A stretch of DNA of 64,000 bases from the NCBI RefSeq assembly GCF_009914755.1, contig NC_060939.1; one strand, 5' to 3'. The notes beneath the pieces are model-generated. The model did not search any database, was not told where the DNA came from, and saw only the letters and a list, made by a program, of their open reading frames with translations. The first letter of the stretch is position 1. Every line of letters starts with the position of its first letter. Shown piece by piece: positions 41,246 through 58,040 of this stretch. Position numbers and translations under genes: made by a program. The DNA is from the human T2T-CHM13v2.0 reference genome, Homo sapiens.

Positions 41246-41269
41246 TTCTGCATATTTTTAGAGACAAAT

Positions 41270-41720
41270 GCTTTATCAAGAAGGGTCCTGAACAAATGGC
41301 ATAGCCAAATTTGGATAATTTGAGAAGGATTTAATAAAGAGAGAAATTGCAAAGGTGTGGAGATTAGGGAAGTAGTACCATCATGTGGGGCTTGTATGGC
41401 TCAAAGGGACAAGGGAAGGGAGCAGTGGGGAAACCTGGAAGGAGACAGTCTTATAAAGGAAATTCTTTGAGGAGAGCAATGACTTTTGGTCAAGGGACAC
41501 AGTCACTTGCAGGAAAACTCACAGGGAGAAACCCGGAGAACAAATGCCCTGACCTCACTTTCCTCTCTCCCTCTTGCTGGGCCTTCCCATTGGCCAAAGC
41601 CAACAGGAAGCCAGAGAAGCAGGGAGCTGATTGATGCAGTGCACACAAACCAGCCTCCTAGGCATGACATCAGGGGTGGGAAAATGGGGGAAAGGGGATA
41701 TCTGGAAGGGTCAATGGGAG
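41270..41720 (-). mobile_element. ERVL LTR16-like solo LTR
   Basis: CCCATTGGCCAAAGCCAACAGGAAGCCAGAGAAGCAGGGAGCTGATTGATGCAGT. Confidence 0.6.
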
Positions 41721-42424
41721 TCTTCTGGCTTGGTTACTTGGACTGCACAGTCCCTAGCTGACGCTGCTATTAGCTATGCCACTTATTGTGCCCAAATGTC
41801 TTTAGGGAGATTTGTGCAAAGAGAACAGGGCCAGGCATGTTTTATTTATTTTCAATGAGGGCTTTGGACTCAAGTCCCTCTGTGGACCCCCTGGCCCAGG
41901 TGAGCTGCCCAGGAGCCCACTTGAACTACAGACCTCTCCCAGCACCTCTGGCCTAAGCCAAAACTAAATAAAGGCTGAGTGGCCTCCTCAGCCCATTGCC
42001 CTAAGGCCCACACCCTAAACTTGGTCCTTGCCAACCCATGAAGAGAAGAGGCATGGAGGACGAGGAGGACAGTCTCATTAAGGTGAAGAGAGTGTCTCAT
42101 TTATCTCTAAAGTTTGGAGCAGCTAAGCCACCCATTGCCATGCTTTTCCTGGGGTGGGGCCGGTCCCAGGTGGGAGGCAGCCCCAGGCCTGTCATGCTCC
42201 ACATGCACAGGAGTCAAGTTTGCCGGTGTGAAAATCCCAAGAGAAAGACCATGCCATTACAGAGCATTAAGGAAAAGATTGAACTACCTTTATAAGTTAT
42301 AAAAGTAATACATGCTCATGGTAAAAATCTCAAAATTAAAAATACAGAATGCTGTAAAACAAACAATAAAAAGACTTTTGCCCACTCACCACTCTCATTT
42401 CCTGGAGTTAAAAAACTGCCCTGG

Positions 42425-42737
<313 letters not shown>

Positions 42738-42769
42738 CTATCTTCACTACAAATAAAATATGGAATTCC

Positions 42770-43230
42770 AAACACATGGTGGTCAGGGCACAGAAGATGA
42801 ATTTCCATGGTTTAAATCCAGTGGGAGAGCAATTTGTGGCAGTAACTTAGGAAAAAGATAACAAGGTCCTAAATGAGGGAGATGGTGGTAGGAAGTTGGT
42901 AGGAGTTGAAGGGAAGCAATAAAGAAATATTGGGAAATACACTTGACAAAACTTGAAAAGCCATTTAATGGGCAAAAGTAAAAGTGTTGAGGACAACCTG
43001 CAGTTTTCTGTACTGGGCAGCTGGGGTAGGGGAGATGTTCACAGATCTAGAGAATGCTGGAGGGGAGCAGCTTAGCGGGGAGGATGAGGTCAGTTTTGGA
43101 CAGTCGAATTTGGCATACTAGTGGGATGTCTGGAAAGGGGATTTCTAGCAGAATTGGATATGTAGTCCCAGAGCTCAGAAGAAAGATCTAAGGGGGAGAT
43201 TGCTAGATGTTGAAATCATGAGTATAATAA
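42770..43230 (-). mobile_element. L2 LINE fragment
   Basis: GATGAGGTCAGTTTTGGACA...GGATATGTAGTCCCAGAGCTCAGAAGAAAGATCT. Confidence 0.6.
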
Positions 43231-43269
43231 CTGGTAAACATGACAGCAGGTGATAAATACACAGTGGAA

Positions 43270-43480
43270 ATATGTATGCACTGAGGATTTATTATGTTCT
43301 GTGGCTGATCTGTGTGCCTTATATGTATTATCTTATTTAAACTTAAGCAGTCTTAAAAAGGCATGCATTATTATTATCCCCATTTTAGAGGTGAGGAAAC
43401 TGAGACAGAGAGGGTAAGTATTTTCCCAGAATCACACAGCATGGATTCACAGAGCTAGGATACACACCCTGGCATGTTAA
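43270..43480 (-). mobile_element. MIR SINE
   Basis: ATTATTATCCCCATTTTAGAGGTGAGGAAACTGAGACAGAGAG. Confidence 0.8.
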
Positions 43481-44714
43481 ACCCCAAAACATGGAGCCTG
43501 GGCCTCATGAAGGGAATGAGATTGATCTTAATCCTAGTCAACAAATCAAAGGACATAGAAGAGTTCTCCAGGTTGGAGCAAGTGCTTCAACAAATTCTAG
43601 GAGCTGGGAACGAACATTTCAGTGTTGGTGAGCAGGGAGGATCTGATCTGGGCTGGAGTAGAAGCTTCATCTTGATGTCAGGCACATAGCATGGCTTGGC
43701 TTCTGAGACCATGAGCAGGGGTTTCCCTTTCTCCAGCCACAAGCTCCTGTCATCTTATCTGTAAGCCACAGTCCAGCACCTGTATCTTGAGTGTGCATGC
43801 AGTGTGTTAAGTGTGAGAAATGTGCAGAATTGAATAAAATGCCTGGTTAGGTCTCCTGCTTTGTATTTTACTCTAAATACAGTAGTTAATATTTCCTGCC
43901 TCTCATCAAATTGGTTTGGGCCTGTATCCCAGCATGCCATGTTCATTCTGACACTATCATTTGTTGGTTCAAATAGTTTTCATGAGTGAGCCATCTGCAA
44001 TCTCAAAGCCTGGCAGTGGGCCTCTATGGCATATATCAGAGGCAGGGTTTGGCGTGGAATCAGGAAATATGGTTTCCATGCTTAACTCTACTCCTCACTA
44101 ATCATGTCACCTCGTGCAAGTAAGGTAATTTCTCTGCCTCCTTGTCTTTTAATCGAGCATAGTAGCTCTTACCTGAAGGTACAATTGTGAGTTTTAGATA
44201 AGATGATGTGACGATCGAAGCGGGATGCAAAGACAGCAGTGTAATTGATTCAAGTCCCTGCTGTGTTCTTGTTAATTCCATACGCAGGCCTCACAGTGAT
44301 TACTTCCAGCCTTCTCTTTCTACCTTAGATTCTCAAATCGACACACTGCCCACCCAACAAATGGCTGTACCTTCTATTTCATTTGCAGTAGTGAATTATA
44401 GTTTATATACTTACTATAGCACCACTGAATATGATAACTGAAGATGATGCTTACCTCCTGCCATGATTTATCCAGAATCATATGTCCAGGAAGTGAACAA
44501 GTCATGGCTCAAGCCCACTCCTGTTTGATTTCCAGCCATCCTGTCTAAGCCTCATCTTCCAAGTCCTCAATTTCTTCTTCCTTTTTAGAGGAAAATATGT
44601 TCCTTCAGCTATAAAGTTTCCCTCCCTCCTCTGACTCAGACCCCATATTTATCAGTCACCATAGCCATCTCCCTTCTCTCTTTGCCTTCCTTCTCCCTCT
44701 TTCCCTTATGGATT

Positions 44715-45192
44715 TGCTACTGAGAAAGCACAGGCTCACTGCCTGACCCACATAGAAGCCAATACTATGTCACTAGCTTTTGAGAGAAGAAAGGCTTTAT
44801 TGCAAGTTGACTGGCAAGGAATTAGGAGGCAGCGCTTACATTTGTCTCCTCGAGCTGGGGACTGGGACAGGTGTTATAGGCAGAGGTAATGAGATGTGAT
44901 CTAATTGGATCTTGCAATGAGGTGATGCCAGGTGTGATCTGACTGGGTCATGCTGTGGGAATGATGCCAGGGCTCAATCTGATGGGATCATGGATCCTTC
45001 CATGTGTCTGCTTCTTAATTCAGTTCCTTATTCTTTGGTCTGAGCACTTAGGTTCCACCTGTGTTGCACACTTGTTTCATCTGGGTATGCTCAGGTTACA
45101 TAACTTGCAACCTGGGGTCCATAGCAACTGATAAACAACTCACAATTTTATTACACGAAGTTGAACCAGATTGGGCTGGTACTGCAGTTACA
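44715..45192 (-). mobile_element. ERV1-class solo LTR (family not assigned)
   Basis: TG...CA ends, antisense poly(A) signal TTTATT near the left end, repeated ATCTGATTGG-like CCAAT boxes. Confidence 0.65.
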
Positions 45193-45236
45193 CTTTCAAA
45201 GGTACGCAGGCCCACCCTTTCCTGGGAAGACATATG

Positions 45237-45615
45237 TTATGTGGTTAGGCTTTGTGCCCCCACCCAAATCTCATCTTGAATTATAATCCCCATAAGCCCC
45301 ATGTGTCAATGGAGAGACCAGGTGGAGGTAATTGAATCATGGAGGCAGTTTCCCCCATGCTGTTCTCATGATAATGAGTGAGTTTTCATGAGATCTGATG
45401 GTTTTATAAGGGGCTCTCCCCGCTTCACTTGGCACTTCTCCTTCCTGCCGCCTTGTGAAGAAAGTACCTTGCTTCCCCTTCACCTTCTGCCATGGTTGTA
45501 AGTTTCCTGAGGCCTCCCTAGCTGTGCTGAACTATGAGTCAATTAAACCTCTTTCCTTTATAAATTACCCAGTCTCAGGCAGTTCTTTATAGCAGTGTGA
45601 AAATGGACTAATACA
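45237..45615 (+). mobile_element. THE1 (THE1D-like) MaLR solo LTR with 5-bp TSD
   Basis: CCCACCCAAATCTCATCTTGAATT...GAGTCAATTAAACCTCTTTCC...GGACTAATACA; TSD ATATG at 45232-45236 and 45616-45620. Confidence 0.92.
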
Positions 45616-45908
45616 ATATGCTACCCCATTGTGCTTCTTTATGGCTGAATCCACAGTTCTCCTCTTTAACTACCAGGTTTCTGGGAAGCAGGGTTGGCTT
45701 CCTCAGTCTTCCTTGCTCATTGCTTATTTTCTCCTCCTCTCCTGCAGTCTGGCTTTACTGCTTCCCTCCCCTGAGCAAGGACCCTTTGGCAGCTCATGAG
45801 CTGTCCACATAGGCAATCTCTTTAGATCACTGGGGACTGCTGATCATCCTAGCTTTGGCAAAACTTTCTCCTCATACAGCTTCCATGACACTTTTTCAAT
45901 TTGGGGTA

Positions 45909-46722
45909 TGTGAAACAGGTTCACTGTGCACTGGTTACCAACTTGTCTGAGTCTGATGAGACAGAGCATACTCATATGCAACAAGTTACCAGAAGTGGAT
46001 TTATTCCTTAGAGGTAGGCAGAAGGGACAACAGAAGCCTAGGATTCATTACAGCCTGGTCCTCCAAGGCTCAGGAAATCTGCCCAGGGTAGATACAGTCT
46101 CCTCTGCATGTGCCTCATTTGTACTCTAGCCGAGGAACCCCAGAAAAGAGACCATCCTGGGTTTTATACTCTGGGGATACGTGAGTCACTGGGTTAAAAC
46201 ACTGAAAGGCATCTTGCTTCTAAGGGCAACTGAAACAGAGCCTGGGTTTTTCTGGCCAGCTCCCCCTTATCTCAAGATATTGTAGCCAGGTGCAGTGGCT
46301 CACAACTGTAATATAAGCACTTTAGGAGGCCAAGGCGGGAGGATCACTTAAGGCCAGGAGTTCAAGATCAACCTGGGCAGCATAGCCAGACTCCATCGCT
46401 ACAAAAAATTTAAAACTTAGGCAGGCATGGTGGTGTGCACCTGTAGTCTGAGCTACTCGGGTGGTTAAGGCAGGAGGATTGGTTGAGCCTAGGAGTTCAA
46501 GGTTACAGTGAGCTATGATTGCACCACTGCACTCCAGCCTGCTGGGTGACAGAGTGAAGCCCATGTCTCAGAAAAGAAAGGGAAAAAGAAAAGAGAAGAG
46601 AAAAGAGAAGAAAAGAAACATGTTACATCCCCAGCACATTCTGAAGTTGTTCTTCAGAACTACAACTGAGAGAAGAGGGAGACAACTGGTTTGGTTCAAG
46701 GCCACCCAGAGGACTGTCCTGC
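45909..46722 (-). mobile_element. ERVL-type solo LTR (MER54/MER74-like) interrupted by an AluJ (+, ~46284-46618)
   Basis: TGTGAAACAGGTTCACTGTGCACTGGTTACC...ACTGTCCTGCA; sequence resumes after the Alu (GAAAA)n tail. Confidence 0.65.
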
Positions 46723-46736
46723 AGGGTGTCTGTGGT

Positions 46737-46740
<4 letters not shown>

Positions 46741-46799
<59 letters not shown>
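46741..46799. repeat. (TG)n microsatellite, ~29 perfect units
   Basis: Direct reading. Confidence 0.97.
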
Positions 46800-46803
<4 letters not shown>

Positions 46804-48803
46804 CAAGTAGAAGCCACAAAATAGCTCCCAGAGTGCACCACTGAAGCTGCCCCTTGCCAGACATCCAGATATCTAGCTTTCTCTAAGTTTCCCGTGACAT
46901 TCTTGTTATGGGTCTAAGATCCAAGTGTTGTAAAAGGAAGGGGATATTGTCTGGCTAACTGAAATCTCAATTATCTGATTGCTGTGGAGGATACTGGCTG
47001 TGGAGTGGACAGTGACTTTTGCCTTTAAAAGACCGCTACATTTAGAAGGCCTAGCCCCCCAACTGTGGTTAGTCTTTAGAAATAAGCTATACTACATTCA
47101 GTCCAAGGACATCCCAGCTGAACCAGCCAGGATCCACTGGGTTAAATTATTCTCACTTTGGGCCAGCATCACCGGGTGTCAAGCTTTTTTGTGGCTCAGG
47201 GATGGGGTGGTGGTGGAGTGTTTCCTGGGGACAAGAAGAGGATAAAAACAATCAGGAAAGTGACTAGGCATGATGCTCTCAGGGTCAGAGCTGGGACTCG
47301 GTGGAGGATGGTGGGTTCTGTGTTTTTGTGTTCAGGCTGCCACAAAAGATTCTGAAGCTCTCGAAACCATTTTTGATTCCTCTCTCTTCCATGATTCCCA
47401 AAGCCAATTTTACAATGAACTTTCTCCCAGGAGTCTTGTCTCTGTCCCTCTTCCTATTCCCACTCTCTGGTTCACTACCTCTTTTATGGCCTTTTCCAAC
47501 AAAAGAGGCCTTTTCTAAGTAACATCTCAAGCTCTTATTTCTCCCCAGTCTAATGCACCTGCACTTCCACAACCAGATTAATCTTTATGAAGAAGCTACC
47601 TGTTTAAAAACCTTGGCTCTCAAAGCCTACTGAATAAATCTCTAAACTCCTTAGTCAGACCCTTGAAAAATCTACCCTTGGCCATTCTTTCTGTCAGCAT
47701 CTTCTTTATTTCCAGTTGCATGCCCTTTTCTTTGTTTGGACTCAGAATATATTTGCATATTTAGCAATAGTGGTCAAAGCCTGGCTTCCAATGTGGCTCC
47801 AGTAGCTGAGATGGCATCTTTCCCAAAAGTACTCTTTAGGGAAGAGCTATGCAGAGGGGCTGCCCATGTCAAGTGCCCACAACCTACGACAATGACCATT
47901 TCTCAGTATAGAGAGGCACGTACATCAGGCCTTGAAGAGTACGAAGACCACCCATGGACATATGGGCCAGACTCTGAGGACCCCCTGGCCACTCAGCCAG
48001 GGAACAGGGTTGGGGCAAACTCTGGGCTAAGATTTAGGAAAATCCCTGGATTTGGTAATAGAACAGCAGAATAGCAGAGCTGGCAAGCCTCTTAGAGTCT
48101 CCTGGTTCACCCCTATTCTACAGTTGGGCAAAAGGAAACTCAGAGAAGTGAAAGTCTGTTTTGTTTTATTATTTTTTGAAGATATGTTTGTATTTACATT
48201 CATGAAATTAAGCCTGTTTGGGAATGACCTCCTGCCCCGTATCTTAGTATTTTGTGTCAGTAAATTCCGTGGGACAGTAGGGCCCTTTTGCTGATCTCAG
48301 ACGGCTGCTTTGTCTGTGGGAAGCTGAAATCAGCCGTCTTCACCATGAGGCTTATTGTCTGTCTGAAGTCAGCAGCTATTGCTGTCACCAGGTTCTTCAG
48401 CTGGTGATATACAGGCACCTTACACACAAGCACCTCCTTACATACAAGCACCTCCTAATAAGCCATCCAGTGAAAATCCTTCATTGGGAATAAGCTGTAC
48501 AAATGAAGCTCTTCACTAATAGCCTGGTGTCTATTTTCCTGGGCATTTCTCCGTGAAGAATTTACAAAGGACACCAACCCCCCAAATGCCCCTTCAGCTC
48601 CACTTCTTCTGCAGTACAGACTTCTCTTTTCTGAGATGACAGGGGTCACTGTTGCAGGTTGTGGGCAGGTGATGGGGTAGCCCATCCACATAGCTCTTTC
48701 CTGAGGGATACTATCAAGGCATATGCCAACACACCGAGTGGAGAACAAGAGAAACCTTTTAGGAACAAATAGCTTATTTAAAGCTTGGCTTTGTTGTGGT
48801 CTT

Positions 48804-49188
48804 TGTTGTGGTTGTGAATGTTTATGTCCCTCACTCCCCCTGCCCTCCCCACTTAAACATTGAAAACTTAACCCCTAAGATGATAGTATTAGGAGGTGGG
48901 GACTCCGTGGGGTGATTAGGTCATGATAATAGAGTCTTCAAGAATAAGATCAGCGCCCTTATAAAAGAGGCCCAAGGGAGCTTGTCCGCCTCTTCTGCCT
49001 CTTCCACCATGTAAAGACACAGCAAGAAGGCACAGTCTATGAGGAACACACCCTCACCAGACACTGCATCTGTCAGTATCTTGATCTTGGACTTCCCAGC
49101 CCCCAGATCTGTGAGAAATAAATTTTTGTTGTTTTATATGCTACCCAGTTGATGATATTTTGTTATACAGCCTAAACAGACTAAGACA
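48804..49188 (+). mobile_element. MLT1A-like MaLR solo LTR
   Basis: GTATTAGGAGGTGGGG...CCCTTATAAAAGAGGCCC...TTGATCTTGGACTTCCCAGCC...GACTAAGACA. Confidence 0.85.
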
Positions 49189-49984
49189 GCTTTAAAGTCA
49201 AACTATTGGCTTTGAGGAGAGGAGAGTTTAATGTAATTCTTAAAGCACCAAGAAACCCACCCCACAGACTTTCCCTATGAATCCTGTCCCTACAGAATAG
49301 TATTCCAGATACACTATTTTCCATTTCAACACGGCGCTCGAATTTGGTGACTGATTACAATTTTCTTTAAATAAATCATCTTTAAAGTGCTATCCAAATT
49401 ATTCAACAGGATTTTTATTACATCTGGTGCCCACTCCGATATCTTTTTTGGTGGTGGATCATCAAGAAGAAAGCATAATACGACTTACAAATATTCGCTT
49501 TTCAGACAAAGTAGCCGATAAGTTGCATGCTTTGGAGTTTGGTTGGAGATCCTCTGGACAGACACAGTCAGAGGAACGGCGATTACAATGCAAGGTTTGT
49601 CTGCCCCCCCGCCAACAGCTCCTAACATATGTGGGGTTGGCCAGGAGGCCTGCAAAGGAGGCATCTGCCAGCTGGGTTTCTTTTCTGTGGAAATGAAAAG
49701 AGAAAGGAGTGTCCTTGTTAGGCAGACACCCTCATTATTGATGGTCAGTAAATAAGGGCAGGAGGAGGGTTAGCTGTCTGTACAATAACCAATTCAAGAT
49801 CATGTCAGAATGTGATTGCTTTGGGGAAAGGCCAAGCAAACAGTAGGAATAATGGAATTATTGTTACTTTAAGGTTGCTTATAGCATCTGTTAGCTGTTG
49901 TTTAATTACAGGAAAGTATAAAGTAAAAAATATGACTCTGGATGTACTCACACACATATATACATAAATGAACACACAGAAGAA

Positions 49985-50203
49985 TAAAAAATAAGAACCT
50001 CTAAGCAGATGGAATAGCATGTGCAAAGGTCCTGGAGTGGAGGTAGCATTGTGAGTGTGAGGGAGTGAAACTGAGGGTGGAGTGTAGCCCAAGATAAGGC
50101 TGGAGAGGCAGGTAGGCTAGACATGGCAGTACCTTGTAGGTCATGGTAAGGAGTTGGGGTGGGTTTTATCTTGGAGCAGTGGAAAGACTTCAAAAGTATG
50201 TTA

Positions 50204-50244
<41 letters not shown>

Positions 50245-50420
50245 TGTGTGTTTGTGTGCACATGCATTTGTAAAATGATTAGATTTTCATTTTGAAAAGA
50301 CACCTCTGGCTACAAAATGAGGAATGGACTTGGACAAGGTGGGGAGAACAATAGAGGACGTACGAGGAACCATTTACAGGCTACCGAAAAATCCAGCCAG
50401 AGGTCATGTTGGAGGCATCC
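49985..50420 (-). mobile_element. L2 LINE fragment containing a (TG)n microsatellite (~50208-50258)
   Basis: GGAATAGCATGTGCAAAGGTCCTGGAG...GTAAGGAGTTGGG...TTTTGAAAAGACACCTCTGGCT. Confidence 0.7.
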
Positions 50421-51230
50421 ATATCAGGGTGGTGGGGGAGGCGGTGAGTTATTTAATCTGTCCCTTGGTATTGGCTTGTTTGGTTGTTTTTATTTATTTT
50501 GTCTGGCTTTTATATGAACCAGCAGTTGGCCAAGAGCATTCTTGCTCACATGTTGTCTTGGTAGTCTTTGGTCAGTGTAACTGTAGGGTAAATTTCTAGC
50601 TGTGGAAGATGCATGTGTTTCACAAATGAATGAGATGTTGGCAGCTATCGCCCAAGTGCCATTCCAAAAATCTGCCTCCATGTATATGCTGGCTGTGATA
50701 AGAATGCCAGTGATTTCATGCCCTTGCTAGTGTTTGTATTTTTGCCAATCTGAAGGATGAAAAATGGTATCTCGTTTTATTTTCTGTTTCATTTTTTAAA
50801 ATGATAAATGTGGTTAAATACTTTCGAATGCTAATTTAGTCGTTTGTATCTATTTTTCTGTTATGAGTCTGTTAACACACTTTGCCCACTTTTTAATTAG
50901 ATTGATGAGTTTTTTCTTACTGATTTGTACACATTCTTCATAAATTAAAAAATTATCTTGTTTTTGTTTTCTTATGTGCTTCAAATATTTTAATCAGTTT
51001 GTCATATATATTTTGGTTTCATTTGTAAATGTTTTTGTTGTATAAAAGCTAAACATTTTTCTGTAATGAAATTAATTTTTTCCTTTATGTCTCTGGGCTT
51101 AGTAGGTGTTCATCCTAGAAGATTATAATACATTATTTATTTAAAACGTCTTATTGTTTGTTTTTTGTTTAAAATTTTGATCCATGGAGTATAATTGAAA
51201 TTAAGGAATGTGGTGCTTCCAGCTTTGTTC

Positions 51231-51415
51231 TTTTTTTTTTTTATTATACTTTAAGTTTTAGGGTACGTGTGCACAATGTGCAGGTTAGTTACATATGTAT
51301 ACATGTGACATGCTGGTGCGCTGCACCCACTAACTCGTCATCTAGCATTAGGTATATCTCCCAATGCTATCCCTCCCGCCTTCCCCCACACCACAACAGT
51401 CCCCAGAGTGTGATG
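51231..51415 (-). mobile_element. Young L1PA2/PA3-like 3' end (~185 bp) nested in the L1PB
   Basis: GCGCTGCACCCACTAACTCGTCATCTAGCATTAGGTATATCTCCCAATGC. Confidence 0.88.
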
Positions 51416-52837
51416 GTTTTTGTTCAGGATTGCTTTTGCTATTCAGGCTCTTTTTCGGTTTCATATGAATTTTAGGTTTTTTTCTAATTCTGTGAAAAAT
51501 GACATTGGTAATTTGATAGGCATTGTGTTGAATCTATATATCGCTTTGGGCGGTGTGGTCATTTTAACAATATTGATTCCTCCAATCCATGAGCATGGGA
51601 TATTTTCCACTTGTTTGTCATTTATGATTTTGTTCACCAGTGTTTTGTAGTTCTTTGTGTAGAGATCTTTCACCTGCTAGGTTAAATGTATTCACATATT
51701 TTATGTGTTTTTAAATAGCTATTATAAGTGGGATTGCCTTTTTGATTTGGTGCTCAGCTGGATGCAGTAGAAATGCTACTGATTTCTGCACAATAATTTT
51801 GTATCCTAAAACTTTACTAAATTTGTTGATCAAATCTTTTTGGTGTTTTTTTGGTGGAGTCTTTAGGGTTTTCTAGATATGAGTCACATCATCAGCAACA
51901 AGAATAATTTGACTTCCTCTTTTCCAATTTGGATGCCTTTTATTTTTTTCTCTTGCCTGATTGAGCACGTGAGGACTTCTAGAAGTTAAATAAGAGTGGT
52001 AAAAGTGGATATTGTTGTCTTGTTCCAGTTCTTAGAATGCTTTCAACTTTTCCCCATTAAGTATAATATTGGCTGTGAGTTTGTCGTAGATGGCCTTTAT
52101 TATGTTGAAGCATGTTCCTTTATGTCTAGTTTGCTGAGAATTTTTATTATGAAAAGATGCTGAATTTTATCAGATTTTTTTTCTGCATCTGTCGAGATGT
52201 TCACATGGTTTTTTGTCCTTAATTCTGTTAATGTGATGTTTCATGTTTATTGATTTGCATATGTTGAACCATCCTTGCGTCACTGGGATATATCTCACTT
52301 GATCATGGTATATTATCTTTTTGATGTGTTATTATATTCAATTTGCTACTATTTTGTTGAGGATTTTTGCATCTATATTAATCAAAAATATTGGTCTACA
52401 GTTTTCTTTTTTTGTTGTGTCCTGGTCTGTTTAGTATCAGAGTAATATTGGCCTTGTAGAGTGAGTTAGGGAGAATTCCTTTCACCTCAGGTTTTTGGAA
52501 TAGTTTTGGGAGGATTGGTATTAATTCTTCTTGGTATGTTTGGTAGAATTTGACTGTGAATTCATCTGGTCCTAGGCTTTCACTGGGGGAAGATTTTTTT
52601 ATTATTGATTCAGTTTTGCTACTCAATATTTGTCCGTTCAGGGGTTCTATTTCTTCCTGCCTCAATCTTGAGGGGTTGCATGTTTCCAGAAATTTATCCA
52701 TTTCCTCTACGTTTTCTAGTTTGTGAGCATATAGTTGTTCATAATCTTTTGTATTTCTGTGATATTAGTAGTAATGTCTCCTTTTTCATTTCTGATTGTA
52801 TTTATCAGGATCTTCTCTCTTCTCTTGGTTAGTCTAG

Positions 52838-53173
<336 letters not shown>

Positions 53174-55611
53174 TGAAGAACTAAATTTTGTTTCATTGAT
53201 CCTTTGTATTTTTTTTTGTCTCTATTTCATTTAGTTCTGCTCTGATCTTTGTTATTTCTTTTCTCCTGCTAACTTTGGGTTTGGTTTGTTGTTTCTTTTC
53301 TATTATACTGCAAAGCTGTAGTAACCAAAACAGCATTATACTGGTATGAAAATAGACACATAGATCAATGGAACAGAATAGAGAACCCAGAAATAAGGCC
53401 ACTTATCTACAATCAGCTAATCTTCAACAAAGTCAACAAAAATATACACTGGGGAAATGACACCCTATTCAATAAATGTTGCTGGGAAAATTGAATAGGC
53501 ATCTGCAGAACAATGAAACTGGACCTATACCTTTTACAATACAAAAAATTCACTAAAATGGATTAAAGACCTAAACATAAGACCTGAAACTATAAAAACC
53601 CAAGAACAAAACCTAGGCAAAACTCTCCTGGACACTGGCCTAGGCAAGGAATTTATGACCAAGTCCTCAAAAGCAAACACGACAAAAACTAAAATAGACA
53701 AATGGAACTTAATTAAACTAAAAATCTTACGCACAACAAAATAAACAATCATTAGAATAAACATAACCTACAGAATGGAAGAAAATATTTGTAAACTCTG
53801 CATCCAACAAAGGGTTAATATCCAGAATCTACAAGGAACTCAAGCAATTCAATAAGAGAAAACAAAAGAAAAAAACAAAAAACTTAATTAAAAAGTGGGC
53901 AAAGGATATAAACAGACATTTTCCAAAAGAAGGCATACAGTTGACCAATGAACATGTGAAAAAATGCTCAACATCACTAATCACCAGAGAAATGCAAATT
54001 AAAACCGCAATGAGATACCATCTTATACTAGTCAGAATGGCTATTAAAAAGTCTAAAAACAACAGATGTTGGCAAAGATGCAGAGAAAGATGATGCAAAG
54101 ATGTTGGCAAGGATGCTTGTACACTGTTGGTGGGAATGTAAATTAGCACAACTTTTACGGAAAACAGTATGGAGATTTCTCAGAGAACTAAAAATAGAAC
54201 CACCATTTGATCCAGCAGTCCCACTATTGGGCATATACCCAAAGGGAAAGAAATAATATATCAAAAAGAGACCTGCACTTGTATGTTTATTGCAGTACTA
54301 TTCACAGTAGCAAATATGTGGAATCAACCTAAATGTTTATCAGTGGAGGAATAAATAAAACGTGATATATGTATATATATATATATATATATGCACACAC
54401 ATTAATATATAATGTATTATATATTATGTATGTATATATACACATACATGATATATACACACACACACATACACCATGGAATGCTACTCAGCCATAAAGA
54501 AGAATGAACTCATGTGTTTTGCAGCAACATGGATGGAACTGGAAGCCATTATCCTAAGTGAAATAACTCAGAAGCAGAAAGTCAAATACCACATACTCAG
54601 TTATAAGTGGGCGCTAAACAATGGCTACACATGGACACACAGAGTGGAATAATAGACATTGGAGACTACAAAAGGTGGGAGGGTGGGAGTGGGGTGAGGA
54701 TTGAGAAATTACCTATTAGGTACAATGTTCACTATTTGGGTGATGAGTACACTAAAGGCCCAGACTTCGCCACTGTGCAATATATGCATGTCAGAAACCT
54801 GTACTTGTACTCCTTAATTATAGAAAAATTAAAAAAATTAAAGTACTAAAAGAAAAACAAAGCTTTGATCCATTAGTTATTTTGATATGAAGAGTAAAGT
54901 AGGGATCCAGATTATTTTTTTCCAGAGACTCAGTTATCTCTACATCATTTATTGGCTAATTTTTAATTTTCCTATTTTAAATACTAACTATATTATAAAT
55001 TAAATTCCTGTATGTATTTAAGCCTGTTTATGGGCCCTGTATTCTGTTCTACTGGTCTATTTCTTCTTTTGTAAAAATAGGTTTTATTATTATTGTTATT
55101 GTACCTTGATAATATATTTTAGGAATAGTTCTTTCCATTCTCTACAAGTCCATTACTCTTTTTTTCCATAAACTACCTGAGTATTCTACATGATAAATTT
55201 TATTTTTACAGATAAATTATAATTCTTGTTCAGTTTCCAAACAAAATCTCTTGATACCATATTTTCCAGATGGATTTTCCAGATAACTTTTCCTAGATAA
55301 ATTTTGATTCTTAAGTTTCAAAACAACCTTTTTGATATTGTCTTTGGAAACTCATGACTATAGAAATGATTCAAAGAAAAAATAAACATTTCCAATCAAA
55401 GATGAAGATATGTGTTTCCATTTACTCGTATTTTAAAAGGTTTCTTTTTATAGGTTCTAAACAAATTCCAGCCTAGTTTATTACTAAGTATTTTGTCTTT
55501 GTACTTGTTGTTGTACCATGGGAGATTTTTTCCATTATACTTTATTACTTCAATAGAAAAATAATTTTTATATATCACTTGTGTAACTAGTCACCTTATC
55601 AAGTTCTCTGA

Positions 55612-58040
<2,429 letters not shown>

